Below are positions 27,649-37,109 of a stretch of 64,000 bases of DNA, one piece after another (positions within the stretch are counted from its first letter, which is position 1; each line of letters begins with the position of its first letter). Source of the stretch: an uncultured Enterobacteriaceae bacterium (lineage in GTDB: Bacteria; Myxococcota_A; UBA9042). Under the pieces are notes generated by a model. That model was not told the origin of the DNA. It did not search any database and saw nothing but the letters and a program-made list of their open reading frames with translations. Position numbers and translations under genes: made by a program. Where the stretch lies: positions 67,729 to 131,728 of the forward strand of contig CAYURO010000010.1 of the NCBI GenBank assembly GCA_964447285.1. Reading direction: 5' to 3'.

Positions 27649-28599
27649 TCAGGCGACCGCCACCCTCAGCCCCGAGTCCTTCACGTACTTCTGCGCCGCC
27701 AGAGCCGCGATCGTCCCATCGGCCACGGCCGTGGTGATCTGCCGATAGCGCTTCACGCGGAGGTCGCCCGCAGCGAACACCCCGGGAATGGTCGTCGCCA
27801 TCGACTCGTCGGTCGGCACGTAGCCACCGGGAGCAAGCTCGACCAGACCGGCCAGCAAGTCCGTGCGTGGCTTCATGCCGATGAAGATGAACACGCCGTC
27901 GGTCTTCAGGTCTTCCGATTGGCCGGTCTTCAGGTTCTGCACGCGCACCGCTTCAATGCTGCCCTCACCCAGAAAGGCGCGTGGCTCCGTGCTCCAGCGG
28001 ACCTTGATCTTCGGGTGCTCCAGGGCCTCGTGCGCGGTCGTGGGTTCGGCCTGGAACTCGTCGAATTGGTGCAGGATCGTCACCGAGTTGGCGAACTGCG
28101 TCAGGAACAGCGCCTCTTCGACCGCCGAGTTGCCGCCGCCGATCACGTGGATGTCCTTGCCGTCAAAGTACGCGCCGTCGCAGGTCGCGCAGTAGGACAA
28201 CCCCTTGCCACGCAAGCTGTCTTCGCCGGGGATGCCCAGCGGCCGCGGCTTGGCGCCGGTCGAGAGGATCACCGCCGGAGCCGTCACGACTTCTTCCTCG
28301 TCCAGCTCGAATCGCTTCAGCGGACTGGTCAGGTCGAAGGCAGTGATCTCGATGGCGCGGGCGATTCGGGTGCCGAACCGCTCGGCCTGCAAAGCGAAGT
28401 TCGCCGCGAGGTCGGTGCCCTTGATGTCCTCGGGAAAGCCGGGGTAGTTCGAGACCTTGTGCGTCGTCTTGACCTGCCCACCGGGCATGCCCTCGTCCAG
28501 CACCAGGGTCTTCAACCGCGCGCGCGATGTGTAGATCGCGGCCGTCAGTCCAGCAGGACCGGCGCCGACCACGATCACGTCATAGGCATTCGTCTTCAT
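27649..28599 (-). CDS. trxB: Thioredoxin reductase (low-Mr, NADPH)
   Basis: FAD motif VIVVGAGPAG, redox-active CATCDG, NADPH motif GGGNSA. GGAG Shine-Dalgarno before the MKTNAYD start. Confidence 0.9.
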   Translation of the reverse strand: MKTNAYDVIVVGAGPAGLTAAIYTSRARLKTLVLDEGMPGGQVKTTHKVSNYPGFPEDIKGTDLAANFALQAERFGTRIARAIEITAFDLTSPLKRFELDEEEVVTAPAVILSTGAKPRPLGIPGEDSLRGKGLSYCATCDGAYFDGKDIHVIGGGNSAVEEALFLTQFANSVTILHQFDEFQAEPTTAHEALEHPKIKVRWSTEPRAFLGEGSIEAVRVQNLKTGQSEDLKTDGVFIFIGMKPRTDLLAGLVELAPGGYVPTDESMATTIPGVFAAGDLRVKRYRQITTAVADGTIAALAAQKYVKDSGLRVAVA

Positions 28600-28637
28600 G
28601 GGGGGATTCTCCTGTCGCACCGCGGGCGGCGATGGGT

Positions 28638-28970
28638 TCAGCTGACCAGGGCTTCCACCGCGCGCTTGATCGCGCTGCGCTGGATATCGCCCGCCAGACG
28701 CTCACCCAACTCCTTGCCGCCCTTGAAGAAGACCAGCGTGGGGCTGCCCGTCACGTTCAGGCGCGTGGACAGCTCGCGGCTGCCCTGACGATACACCTTC
28801 AGGAACTTGACCTGGCCGGCGAACTGCTCCGCCACGGCCTCAAACTTGGGTGCCAACGCCTCACAGGGCGGGCAGTCGGTCGAGAAGAAGTCGAGCACGA
28901 CGGGGATGCTGGCCCCCAGCACCTCGGCATCGAACTGGTCCATGGTGATCTCGGAAACGTGTGCGCTCAT
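28638..28970 (-). CDS. Thioredoxin with an atypical CPPC active site
   Basis: Aligns along its length with TrxA, but the active site is STDCPPCE in place of the canonical WCGPC. GGAG Shine-Dalgarno. Confidence 0.85.
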   Translation of the reverse strand: MSAHVSEITMDQFDAEVLGASIPVVLDFFSTDCPPCEALAPKFEAVAEQFAGQVKFLKVYRQGSRELSTRLNVTGSPTLVFFKGGKELGERLAGDIQRSAIKRAVEALVS

Positions 28971-29073
28971 GACGGGCTCCTGGTAGACGGACGGGTTCCC
29001 CGATCGACACGCCGAATACGGCAAGTGACCACAGGGACACAGGAATACTTGAATCGTGCGGTTGTGAAGGGTC

Positions 29074-29110
29074 GCGCCGACCCGGTCCGTGAAACGAGCC
29101 GGACCGGCGC
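29074..29110 (-). other. Stable stem-loop between the small Cys-rich ORF and trx
   Basis: Inverted repeat ccggtccg-N10-cggaccgg flanked by gcgcc/ggcgc. No U-tract, so more likely a processing or attenuation element than an intrinsic terminator. Confidence 0.35.
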
Positions 29111-29130
29111 TTCCCCCCCCTTACTTCGAG

Positions 29131-29232
29131 CTAGTCGTGGCAGCCGGCGACAAGGCGCGAGGCCTTGGCGCAGCACTGCGCGGTCTTCTCGGGCGTGCAA
29201 CACGCCTTGCGGACTCGGGTCAGCAGCTTCAT
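29131..29232 (-). CDS. Unannotated small ORF: 33-aa cysteine-rich peptide MKLLTRVRKACCTPEKTAQCCAKASRLVAGCHD
   Basis: Below the ORF-track cutoff. ATG preceded by caaGGAGtgac (strong Shine-Dalgarno, 4-nt spacer). Sits in the 225-nt gap between arsM and trx on the same strand. Five Cys, including two CC pairs. Confidence 0.45.
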   Translation of the reverse strand: MKLLTRVRKACCTPEKTAQCCAKASRLVAGCHD

Positions 29233-29294
29233 GTCACTCCTTGCTCAACCGGCCGAAGAACGATCTCTCCGGCACACTGGAATTCCGTGGGCGG

Positions 29295-29945
29295 CTACTT
29301 CACGCCCCGAAGCGTCAGGCTGCGCACCAGAACGCCTCCCTTCTCATACGGTTCCGAGCGGTCCAACACCTGCACCAGCTCAAAACCGCCCGCCGTCACG
29401 GCTTGCAGGTACTCCGGCTCAGGGATCGCTCCACCGTAGCACGCCGCCCAAGCCGCAGGGTCCCGGCGCACCGCTTCTGGCAGCTCGGCGTCGGCGATGA
29501 CGTCCGACACCACGAAGCGTCCGCCTGGCTTCAGGACTCGCCACATCTCGCGGTAGACGGCCTGCTTGTCGGGCGCATGGTTGATCGTGCAGTTCGAGAT
29601 CAGGACATGGGCCGATTCGTCAGGCAGGTCAAGCGCGGCGAGATCGCTCAGCACGAATCGCACGTTGTCCAGGAACCCCGGGGTCGCCTTCACAGCCTGA
29701 GCGATCATCGCCGAGTTCTGATCGATGCCTATCGCTTGTCCGGTCTCGCCCACCCGACCTGCCGCGCGGATCACGTCCTGGCCCCGACCGCAGCCTAGAT
29801 CGACAAAGGTCTCGCCCGCTTCCACGACTGCCAAGTCCAGCGCCGCGCCGCAAGACAGCGAGCAGCACGACGTCGACAGCGCGGCGTAGCGCACTTCCAC
29901 GGCTTGCCGCAAAGCGTCCAGGGCGGGGGTCTGCGTCGTCGTCAT
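29295..29945 (-). CDS. arsM: Arsenite S-adenosylmethionine methyltransferase (short-form ArsM)
   Basis: SAM motif VDLGCGRGQDV. ArsM-specific conserved Cys in STSCCSLSCG, ISNCTINHAPDK and AACYGGAIPEPEYL, aligning with CmArsM C72/C174/C224. Confidence 0.8.
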   Translation of the reverse strand: MTTTQTPALDALRQAVEVRYAALSTSCCSLSCGAALDLAVVEAGETFVDLGCGRGQDVIRAAGRVGETGQAIGIDQNSAMIAQAVKATPGFLDNVRFVLSDLAALDLPDESAHVLISNCTINHAPDKQAVYREMWRVLKPGGRFVVSDVIADAELPEAVRRDPAAWAACYGGAIPEPEYLQAVTAGGFELVQVLDRSEPYEKGGVLVRSLTLRGVK

Positions 29946-30011
29946 CGGGAAGCCTCGTGCGGTGGACAGAGCCGGTCACCGCCTGTCAGAGCCCTGCCGT
30001 GTCGGAAGGAT

Positions 30012-31088
30012 TCACAGTGGCACGTCGCGGCCCTCGCCAAAGCCCAACACCCAGAAGCGTGGCGCATCTTTTCCCTTGGCGTCCAGCGCCTTGTGCAGCT
30101 CGACCACCGGCTCGTCCTGACCATCATCGGCCAGTCTGAAGGTGCCAAAGTGAATGGCGACCGCCGTGTGCGCCCCCGTCAGCACCTGTGCCTCCACCGC
30201 CTCGGCGGGCGAGACGTGCACGCGAGACATGAACCACGTCGGACGAAACGCGCCGATGGGGATCAGGGCAAGGCGTAGTGGCCCGAACTTCTGCCCGATT
30301 TGTTGGAAGTGTGTCCCCATACCCGTGTCGCCCGCGAAGTAGACCGCGCCCGCCGGCGACTGCACCACAAAGCCTACCCACAGCACCTTGTCGCGGTCGC
30401 TCGTGCCTCGGCCCGAGAAGTGGCGCGCAGGGACGGCCGTCACCCGCACTTGCGGCGTCAGGTCAGCGCCTTGCCACCAGTCCAAGTCGACCGTGGCAGG
30501 CATCCCCTTCGCTTCAAACCACGCAGACATGCCCAACCCTGAGTAGATCTTGGGTTTGTCGCGCTCGACCAGCCGTCGAATCGTCGACTCGTCCAGGTGG
30601 TCGTAGTGGTTGTGGCTCAGCAGCACCGCGTCGATCTTGGGCACATCCTGAAAACGGAGACCGGGCGGCCGCATCCGTTTAGGCCCCGCCCATGAGAACG
30701 GACTGACGCGGTCGGACCACACGGGGTCGGTCAGCAGGTTCATCCCGTCCATCTGCACCAGCACGGTGGCGTGGTTCACAAACGTCACCCGCAGCTCGCC
30801 TGCCCCCACTCGCTCGGGCGGCAGCGGACCAAAGGGAGCATCGGTCACGGTGTTCCAGGGCCCTTGATCGCGGCTGACCATCCACTTGACCATCGAGCCA
30901 AAGCCCGCGTGGTCGGTCTCTCCCTCGTTGCGAAATCGCTCGCCGTCGAAGTGGTCCGACGCCGGGCCGCGCCACACCGGAGCCGACAGCGAGCACCCGA
31001 CGAGGTTGGCCACCAGCAGCAACACCACCAGCGACGCCACAAACGCACCGACGACCATGCGAACTCCTCTGCGCTTGGGCTGCTCCAT
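30012..31088 (-). CDS. Metallo-beta-lactamase-fold hydrolase lipoprotein (NAPE-PLD-like)
   Basis: Lipobox LVGCSLS and an MBL motif (LLSHNHYDHLD) of the NAPE-PLD/YjcS type. Start uncertain; the ORF runs to 31172 and I prefer MEQPKRRGVR, immediately before the signal peptide. Confidence 0.7.
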   Translation of the reverse strand: MEQPKRRGVRMVVGAFVASLVVLLLVANLVGCSLSAPVWRGPASDHFDGERFRNEGETDHAGFGSMVKWMVSRDQGPWNTVTDAPFGPLPPERVGAGELRVTFVNHATVLVQMDGMNLLTDPVWSDRVSPFSWAGPKRMRPPGLRFQDVPKIDAVLLSHNHYDHLDESTIRRLVERDKPKIYSGLGMSAWFEAKGMPATVDLDWWQGADLTPQVRVTAVPARHFSGRGTSDRDKVLWVGFVVQSPAGAVYFAGDTGMGTHFQQIGQKFGPLRLALIPIGAFRPTWFMSRVHVSPAEAVEAQVLTGAHTAVAIHFGTFRLADDGQDEPVVELHKALDAKGKDAPRFWVLGFGEGRDVPL

Positions 31089-31202
31089 GGGGGGCAGCAT
31101 GGGGGATCGAAACCGCATCGGCAACGCTCGCACCTGTTCCATTTCCACCAGTTGTGCTACCACTTCGACCACTCTCCGCCCAAGCGGTTCGATGAGGTCG
31201 CG

Positions 31203-33350
31203 ATGGTTCCGATGCGCCTGCCTTCCGTCTTTCTGGTCGCGTCCACCCTATCTTCCGGTCTGATGGGTGTCGCGCTCACGGGCTGCGGTGCAGCGGCCGT
31301 GCAGACCACGCAGAACCTGCCGATCAGCAAGGTCGTGCTGTACCAAAACGGCGTCGGGTACTTCGAGCGGCGTGGAACGGTCAGGGGCGAGGCTGTCGAG
31401 TTGCGCGTGCGCCCCGACCAGATCAACGACGTACTGAAGTCCCTGTCCGTTCTGGACTTGTCGGGCGGCGTGCCGTCGTCGGTGTCGCTGCCGGTCGAGC
31501 GGTCGGGTGACAGCCTGGCCGCCGAGCTGCCGCCTCAGGTCCGCAACGCCACGGGGATGACGGCCCTGCTGCCGGTGCTGCGCGGTGCCCAGATCGAGGT
31601 CGAAACCACCGACGGCACGTTCGCCGGGCGCGTGGTGGGCGTGGAGATGAGCAACCGCCCCAACGACAAGGGCGAACAGCAGCCGACCGCGATGCTGACC
31701 CTGATGGACGGCGAGGACGAGCTGGTGACGACTCCGGTGGCCGGCGTGCAGCGCGTGACCATCGGCGACCGGACACTGTCGGTGGGGCTGCAGCAGTCGC
31801 TCGAGATCTCACGGTCCGACGGCGCGTGGAAGCCGGTGACGCTGACGATCCGGCTGGCGGGCGACTCGTCGCACGACCTGATCGTCTCCTACATTCATGA
31901 GGTTCCGATCTGGCGGCCGGCCTATCGCGCTTGGGTTGAGTCGGGCAAGGGCGTGCAGCTGCAGGGTTGGGCCATCGTCGACAACGTCAGCGGCGAGCCT
32001 TGGACGGACGTGAACCTGACGCTGGTCGTCGGCTCGCCGCTGTCGTTCCGCTACGACCTCCACACCCCGCACCACGTCACGCGCCCGGACCTGACCTCGC
32101 GCCTGCCCACCACCGCCGATGCGCCGCCTGAGCCCGACGTGGGCTACGAGATGGCCCCGCCGTCGCCGCCGCCCATGGCCGAGTCCGCCGGAGCCTACGA
32201 CGAGAGGGAGAAGGCGGAAGCCCCCTCCTACCGCGCCAAGAAGTCGGCGGCGCCCAGCGCTTCTCGCCCGATGCCCAAGCCCGCCGCCGGACCTTCGTAC
32301 GACCGCCAGCAGGTGGCCGAGGAATCCCAGAAGCGCGAGGCCATGATCCGCTCGGCGCAGGCGCTGGTCACGGGCAAGGAGGTCGGCGCGCTGTACACCT
32401 ACGAGGCCACCACGCCCATCACCGTTCCCGATCGCTCGGCCGCGTTGGTCAACATCGTGTCGCGCAAGGTCGATGGCCAGGACGTGTTCCTGTTCCGCGA
32501 GCCCACGTCGGGGGCCGCCCCGTTCCGCGCGGTGCTGTTGCGCAACGGCAAGGACAGCGCCCTGGAGGGCGGTCCCATTACGCTGTACGTCGACGGTACG
32601 TTCGCGGGTGAGGGCTTCATCGGCCGGGTCGGCAAGGACGAGACGGCCTTCATCCCCTACGCCCGCGAAGGCGGGTTCGCCGTGAACATCCAGACCGAGT
32701 CGCGCACCGACGAGCTGCGTTTGGTCAAGGTCGTGGACGGCCGCATCACCATTCAGGGCAAGCGGGTCTACACGCGCACCGTCGCCATCGACTCGAACCG
32801 GGATCAGGAGTCGGTCGCGTACGTCAAGCTGGGCCTGACCGGCGGCATGACGATGCAGGACCCGCCCAAGGACATCGTCAAGGCGGGCAGCGAGATCTAC
32901 TTGCCGGTGCGCATCCAGGCAAAGGCCAAGGGCGAGGCGCAGTTGGTCGAGTCGACACCGGTCGAGTTCGTAGAAGCCGGCCTGACGCCGACGGTGGTCA
33001 CGGCCTTCCGCTTCTTCCTGCAGAACGCCAAGCCCGAAGACGCCATCGCCGGCCCGATCCGCGAGCTGATCGCCATCTACGACGACGTCGCGCGCATTCA
33101 GGCCGACTCACAGAGCCTGCGCGAACAGCGGGAGATCCTCGAGCGCGAGGCCCAGCGCATCCAGTCCAACCTGGACGCCCTGCCCGACGCGGTGGTGGCT
33201 GCGGCCCTGCGCAAGCAGCTGTTGACCCAGCTGGAGGGCGTCAGCAAGAAGGCGGCCGACGTGGCCAAGCGGCTGGTCGAGAACGAGGTCAAGCTCGCGG
33301 CCCTGCAAGAGAAGACGGTCGTGCTGTTGCGCCAGATCGAGTTGAAGTAG
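31203..33350 (+). CDS. DUF4139 (mucoidy-inhibitor MuiA-like) lipoprotein with a C-terminal coiled coil
   Basis: GAGG Shine-Dalgarno, lipobox LTGCGAA. Conserved N-terminal VVLYQNGVGYFERRG… and a C-terminal heptad-rich region. Confidence 0.7.
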   Translation: MVPMRLPSVFLVASTLSSGLMGVALTGCGAAAVQTTQNLPISKVVLYQNGVGYFERRGTVRGEAVELRVRPDQINDVLKSLSVLDLSGGVPSSVSLPVERSGDSLAAELPPQVRNATGMTALLPVLRGAQIEVETTDGTFAGRVVGVEMSNRPNDKGEQQPTAMLTLMDGEDELVTTPVAGVQRVTIGDRTLSVGLQQSLEISRSDGAWKPVTLTIRLAGDSSHDLIVSYIHEVPIWRPAYRAWVESGKGVQLQGWAIVDNVSGEPWTDVNLTLVVGSPLSFRYDLHTPHHVTRPDLTSRLPTTADAPPEPDVGYEMAPPSPPPMAESAGAYDEREKAEAPSYRAKKSAAPSASRPMPKPAAGPSYDRQQVAEESQKREAMIRSAQALVTGKEVGALYTYEATTPITVPDRSAALVNIVSRKVDGQDVFLFREPTSGAAPFRAVLLRNGKDSALEGGPITLYVDGTFAGEGFIGRVGKDETAFIPYAREGGFAVNIQTESRTDELRLVKVVDGRITIQGKRVYTRTVAIDSNRDQESVAYVKLGLTGGMTMQDPPKDIVKAGSEIYLPVRIQAKAKGEAQLVESTPVEFVEAGLTPTVVTAFRFFLQNAKPEDAIAGPIRELIAIYDDVARIQADSQSLREQREILEREAQRIQSNLDALPDAVVAAALRKQLLTQLEGVSKKAADVAKRLVENEVKLAALQEKTVVLLRQIELK

Positions 33351-33381
33351 CCGCGGCACTTCCCCACATCCAGGAGCCCAC

Positions 33382-34458
33382 GTGCGCATCCTCTACGGTG
33401 TCGTCGGCGAGGGCATGGGCCACGCCACCCGTTCCCGCGTGGTCATCGAGCACCTGCTGCAGGCCGGCCACACGGTCGAGATCATGGTCAGTGGTCGCGC
33501 GTACGACATGCTGCGCAAGCACTTCGACGGCGTGCACGAGATCCACGGCTGGCACCTGATCTACGAAGACAACGCCGTCCGCAAGACCAAGACGGCGTGG
33601 TCCAACCTGATCGGCCTGGGCGACGGCGTGCCGCAGAACGTGGCGGCGTACTTCGAGCTGCTGGACGACTACCGGCCCGAGTTGGTGATCTCGGACTTCG
33701 AGTCGTGGAGCTACCTGTACGCCAAGATCCAGCGACTGCCCGTGATCAGCATCGACAACATGCAGATCCTGAACCGCTGTTTCCACGAGAACGACGTGCT
33801 GGAAGGGGCGATGCCCGAGTTCCTGTTGGCCAAGGGTATCGTGAAGGCCAAGCTGCCGGGCGCGCACCACTATGTGATCACGACGTTCTTTCACCCGCTG
33901 GTCCGCAAAGAGCGCACGACGCTGGTGCCGCCGATCCTGCGCCCCGAGGTGCTGGCGGCCCGTCCAACGGAAGGCTCCCACGTGCTGGTCTACCAATCGG
34001 GAGAGCACGCAGAGAGTCTGGCCAACGTGCTCAAGTCCTTCCCGCAACAGCCGTTTCTGGTCTACGGCATGCGCCGTGGCATTCAGGAGGAGGAGGTGGA
34101 CGGCAACCTGCGCCACCAACCCTTCTCTGAGACGCGCTTCGTCGACCACCTGGCCTCGGCGCGGGCGGTCGTGGCGGGGGGCGGTTTCTCATTGCTCAGC
34201 GAGTGCGTGTACTTGCACAAGCCCGTGCTCAGCGTGCCGCTGGAGGGCCAGTTCGAGCAGGTGCTGAATGCGCGCTATCTGCAGAAGCTGGGTTGGGGGC
34301 TGTGTCGGCTGGAGGTCACGCGGCAGGACGTGCAGGAGCTGCTCGATCGCGCTGCGGAATTCACCCAAGCGCTTGCGGCGTGGCAGCAAGACGGCAACCA
34401 GCGGCTGTTCCAAGTGGTCGACGACTTGATCGCGGGGCTGGCGGGCGACGGCGTGTGA
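33382..34458 (+). CDS. GT-B glycosyltransferase (MJ1255/MurG-like, UDP-glycosyltransferase superfamily)
   Basis: GTG start with GGAG Shine-Dalgarno. N-terminal ILYGVVGEGMGHATRS motif of this family. Confidence 0.65.
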   Translation: MRILYGVVGEGMGHATRSRVVIEHLLQAGHTVEIMVSGRAYDMLRKHFDGVHEIHGWHLIYEDNAVRKTKTAWSNLIGLGDGVPQNVAAYFELLDDYRPELVISDFESWSYLYAKIQRLPVISIDNMQILNRCFHENDVLEGAMPEFLLAKGIVKAKLPGAHHYVITTFFHPLVRKERTTLVPPILRPEVLAARPTEGSHVLVYQSGEHAESLANVLKSFPQQPFLVYGMRRGIQEEEVDGNLRHQPFSETRFVDHLASARAVVAGGGFSLLSECVYLHKPVLSVPLEGQFEQVLNARYLQKLGWGLCRLEVTRQDVQELLDRAAEFTQALAAWQQDGNQRLFQVVDDLIAGLAGDGV

Positions 34459-34479
34459 CCGAGCGCGCGTCGGGTTCGG

Positions 34480-37044
34480 CTACGCCTTGACCACGAAGCT
34501 CAACATGCGCCCCGGCACCAGAATCACCTTGAGGATCTGCTGGCCTTCCGTGTAGCGCTTCACCGACTCGTTCTGCAGCGCCAGCGCCTCCAACGTGTCG
34601 CGGTCGGCGTCGCGCGGCACGACCAGCTTCGCGCGCAGCTTGCCGTTGACCTGCACGGGCAGCTCGACCGTGTCGTCGATGCACAGCGCGGGGTCAAACG
34701 TCGGCCACGGCACCTGACTGACGGACGGCGCGTGGCCCAGACGCTCCCAAAGCTCTTCGGCCAAGTGCGGCGCGTACGGGGCCACGAGAATCACGAACGT
34801 CTCGATGGCCTTGCGCGGCAGGGCTTCCATGCGCGACAGCTCGTTCAGCATCCCCATCATCGCCGCGATGGCGGTATTGAAGCGCAGGCCGTCGGTGTCT
34901 TCCGTCAACTTCTTGACCAGTTTGTGCATCCCGCGCTCAAGGGCAGTGTCGGCGGCGGTGTCCACGATGGGCTTGTCGAACAGGCCCCACACCCGGGTAA
35001 TGAAACGCTTGGTGCCTTGAATGCCGTTGCTCTGCCAGGGCTTCACTTGCTCCAGCGGCCCCATGAACATCTCGTACAGGCGGAAGGCATCCGCACCGTG
35101 CGCCGCAAGGATCGCGTCGGGGTTGATCACGTTGCCCCGCGATTTCGACATCTTCTCGCCGTCTTCGCCCAGGATCATGCCCTGATTGATCAGGCGCTTG
35201 AACGGCTCCGGGGTCGTCACCACGCCGCAGTCGTACAGCACCTTGTGCCAGAAGCGGGCATACAGCAGGTGCAGGACGGCGTGCTCGGCGCCACCGACGT
35301 ACAGATCGACGGGCAGCCAGTGCGCGATCGCTTCCTTGGACGCCGGCGCCTGGTCGTTGTGCGGGTCCAGATAGCGCAGGTAGTACCAGCACGACCCCGC
35401 CCACTGCGGCATCGTGTTCGTTTCCCGCGCGAACCACTGGCCGTCCTTGCGGAAGAAGCGCCAGTCGAGACAGCGCGCCAGCGGTGGCTGGGCGTCGCCG
35501 GTCGGCTGGAAGTCGGCGGTGTCGGGCAGCACCAGTGGAAGCTCGCTTGCGTCCAACGGAATCGGCGTCTCGTAGTGAATCACGTGCGGGTCGCGCTTCG
35601 GGTCGAAGTCGGTGGCGGTAGCGTCGACCGGGCTGACCAGATACGTGATCGGAATCGGCTCGCCCCAATACCGCTGGCGCGAGAAGACCCAGTCGCGCAG
35701 CTTGTAGTTGACCCTCGCCTGTCCCAGACCCCGCTCGAGCAGCCAGGAGGTGATGCGTTTCTTGAACTCTGGGGTCGCAAGTCCGCTGAACTCTCCAGAA
35801 TTGATCGCGAAGCCGTCCTCAGTCGTCGCCTCCGTCTGCGGGGTCGACGCGGGTTGGCCGTCGGCCGACAGGACCGCAACGACGGGCAGGCCAAACGCCT
35901 TGGCAAAGGCAAAGTCGCGCTCGTCGTGCGCAGGCACCGCCATGATCGCCCCCGTGCCATAGCCGCCCAGCACGTAGTCTGCGACCCAAATCGGAATCGC
36001 TTTGCCATTCACAGGGTTGATCGCAAAGCGACCGGTGAAGACGCCCGTCTTCTCCTTGTTGGCGTCCTGGCGGTCGCGGTCGCTGCGGCGGCGGGCGCCC
36101 TCGACGTACGCCTGCACAGCCTCGCGTTGAGCGTCGGTGCACAGCCGGTCGAGCAGCGCGTGCTCAGGGGCCACGACCATGTACGTCGCGCCGAACAGGG
36201 TGTCGGGGCGCGTGGTGTAGACGCGCAGCTTGCTGTCGATGCCGCTGCCCGCCTCGATCTCGAAGTCGACCTCGGCGCCCTCGGACCGGCCAATCCAGTT
36301 GCGCTGCATCGCCTGGATGCCCTCGGGCCAGTCCAGATCGTCGATGCCCGACAGCAGCTCATCTGCGTACGCCGTGATCTTCAGCATCCACTGACGCATC
36401 GGCCGCCGCTCGACCGGGTGCCCGCCGCGCTCGGACTTGCCGTCGATCACCTCTTCATTCGCCAGCACAGTGCCCAGGGCGGGACACCAATTCACAGGGA
36501 TCTCGGACTGATAGGCCAGACCGCGCTCGAACAGCTTCAGGAAGATCCACTGCGTCCACTTGTAGTAGCCCGGGTCGGTGGTGTCGACCTCACGGTCCCA
36601 GTCGTACGAGAAGCCCAAGCTTCTGATCTGGCGACGGAAGTTGTCGACGTTCCGGGCCGTTGTGACGGTCGGGTGCGTGCCGGTCTGGATCGCGTATTGC
36701 TCTGCGGGCAGGCCAAAGGCGTCCCAGCCCATCGGGTGCAACACGCTGCAGCCGCGCGAGCGCAGAAAGCGGCAGTAGATGTCGGTGGCGGTATAGCCCT
36801 CGGGGTGGCCGACGTGCAGGCCGGCACCCGACGGATACGGAAACATGTCCAGGACATAGACCTTCTTCTTGCTGGGGTCGATGTCGGCGCGGAACGGCTT
36901 GTGCTCCAGCCACCACGCCTGCCAGCGGGCCTCGATGCGGGCAAAGTCGTAGCGGTCGCGGCGGCCCTCGCCATCGACATCGCTGTCGTCCTGGCCGGTC
37001 GGGATCTGAGGAGCATTCGGGTCGGCGATCATGTCGGTGTCCAT
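34480..37044 (-). CDS. leuS: Leucyl-tRNA synthetase
   Basis: HIGH motif ([10 protein letters not shown]), KMSKS motif, editing domain; collinear with E. coli LeuS throughout. Confidence 0.9.
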   Translation of the reverse strand: MDTDMIADPNAPQIPTGQDDSDVDGEGRRDRYDFARIEARWQAWWLEHKPFRADIDPSKKKVYVLDMFPYPSGAGLHVGHPEGYTATDIYCRFLRSRGCSVLHPMGWDAFGLPAEQYAIQTGTHPTVTTARNVDNFRRQIRSLGFSYDWDREVDTTDPGYYKWTQWIFLKLFERGLAYQSEIPVNWCPALGTVLANEEVIDGKSERGGHPVERRPMRQWMLKITAYADELLSGIDDLDWPEGIQAMQRNWIGRSEGAEVDFEIEAGSGIDSKLRVYTTRPDTLFGATYMVVAPEHALLDRLCTDAQREAVQAYVEGARRRSDRDRQDANKEKTGVFTGRFAINPVNGKAIPIWVADYVLGGYGTGAIMAVPAHDERDFAFAKAFGLPVVAVLSADGQPASTPQTEATTEDGFAINSGEFSGLATPEFKKRITSWLLERGLGQARVNYKLRDWVFSRQRYWGEPIPITYLVSPVDATATDFDPKRDPHVIHYETPIPLDASELPLVLPDTADFQPTGDAQPPLARCLDWRFFRKDGQWFARETNTMPQWAGSCWYYLRYLDPHNDQAPASKEAIAHWLPVDLYVGGAEHAVLHLLYARFWHKVLYDCGVVTTPEPFKRLINQGMILGEDGEKMSKSRGNVINPDAILAAHGADAFRLYEMFMGPLEQVKPWQSNGIQGTKRFITRVWGLFDKPIVDTAADTALERGMHKLVKKLTEDTDGLRFNTAIAAMMGMLNELSRMEALPRKAIETFVILVAPYAPHLAEELWERLGHAPSVSQVPWPTFDPALCIDDTVELPVQVNGKLRAKLVVPRDADRDTLEALALQNESVKRYTEGQQILKVILVPGRMLSFVVKA

Positions 37045-37109
37045 GGGGAAAGGGGAGGTTGCGCGGGGTCTTGTGCCTGCCGGTGACGCGTCTGGCAAGC
37101 CGGAAGGTC

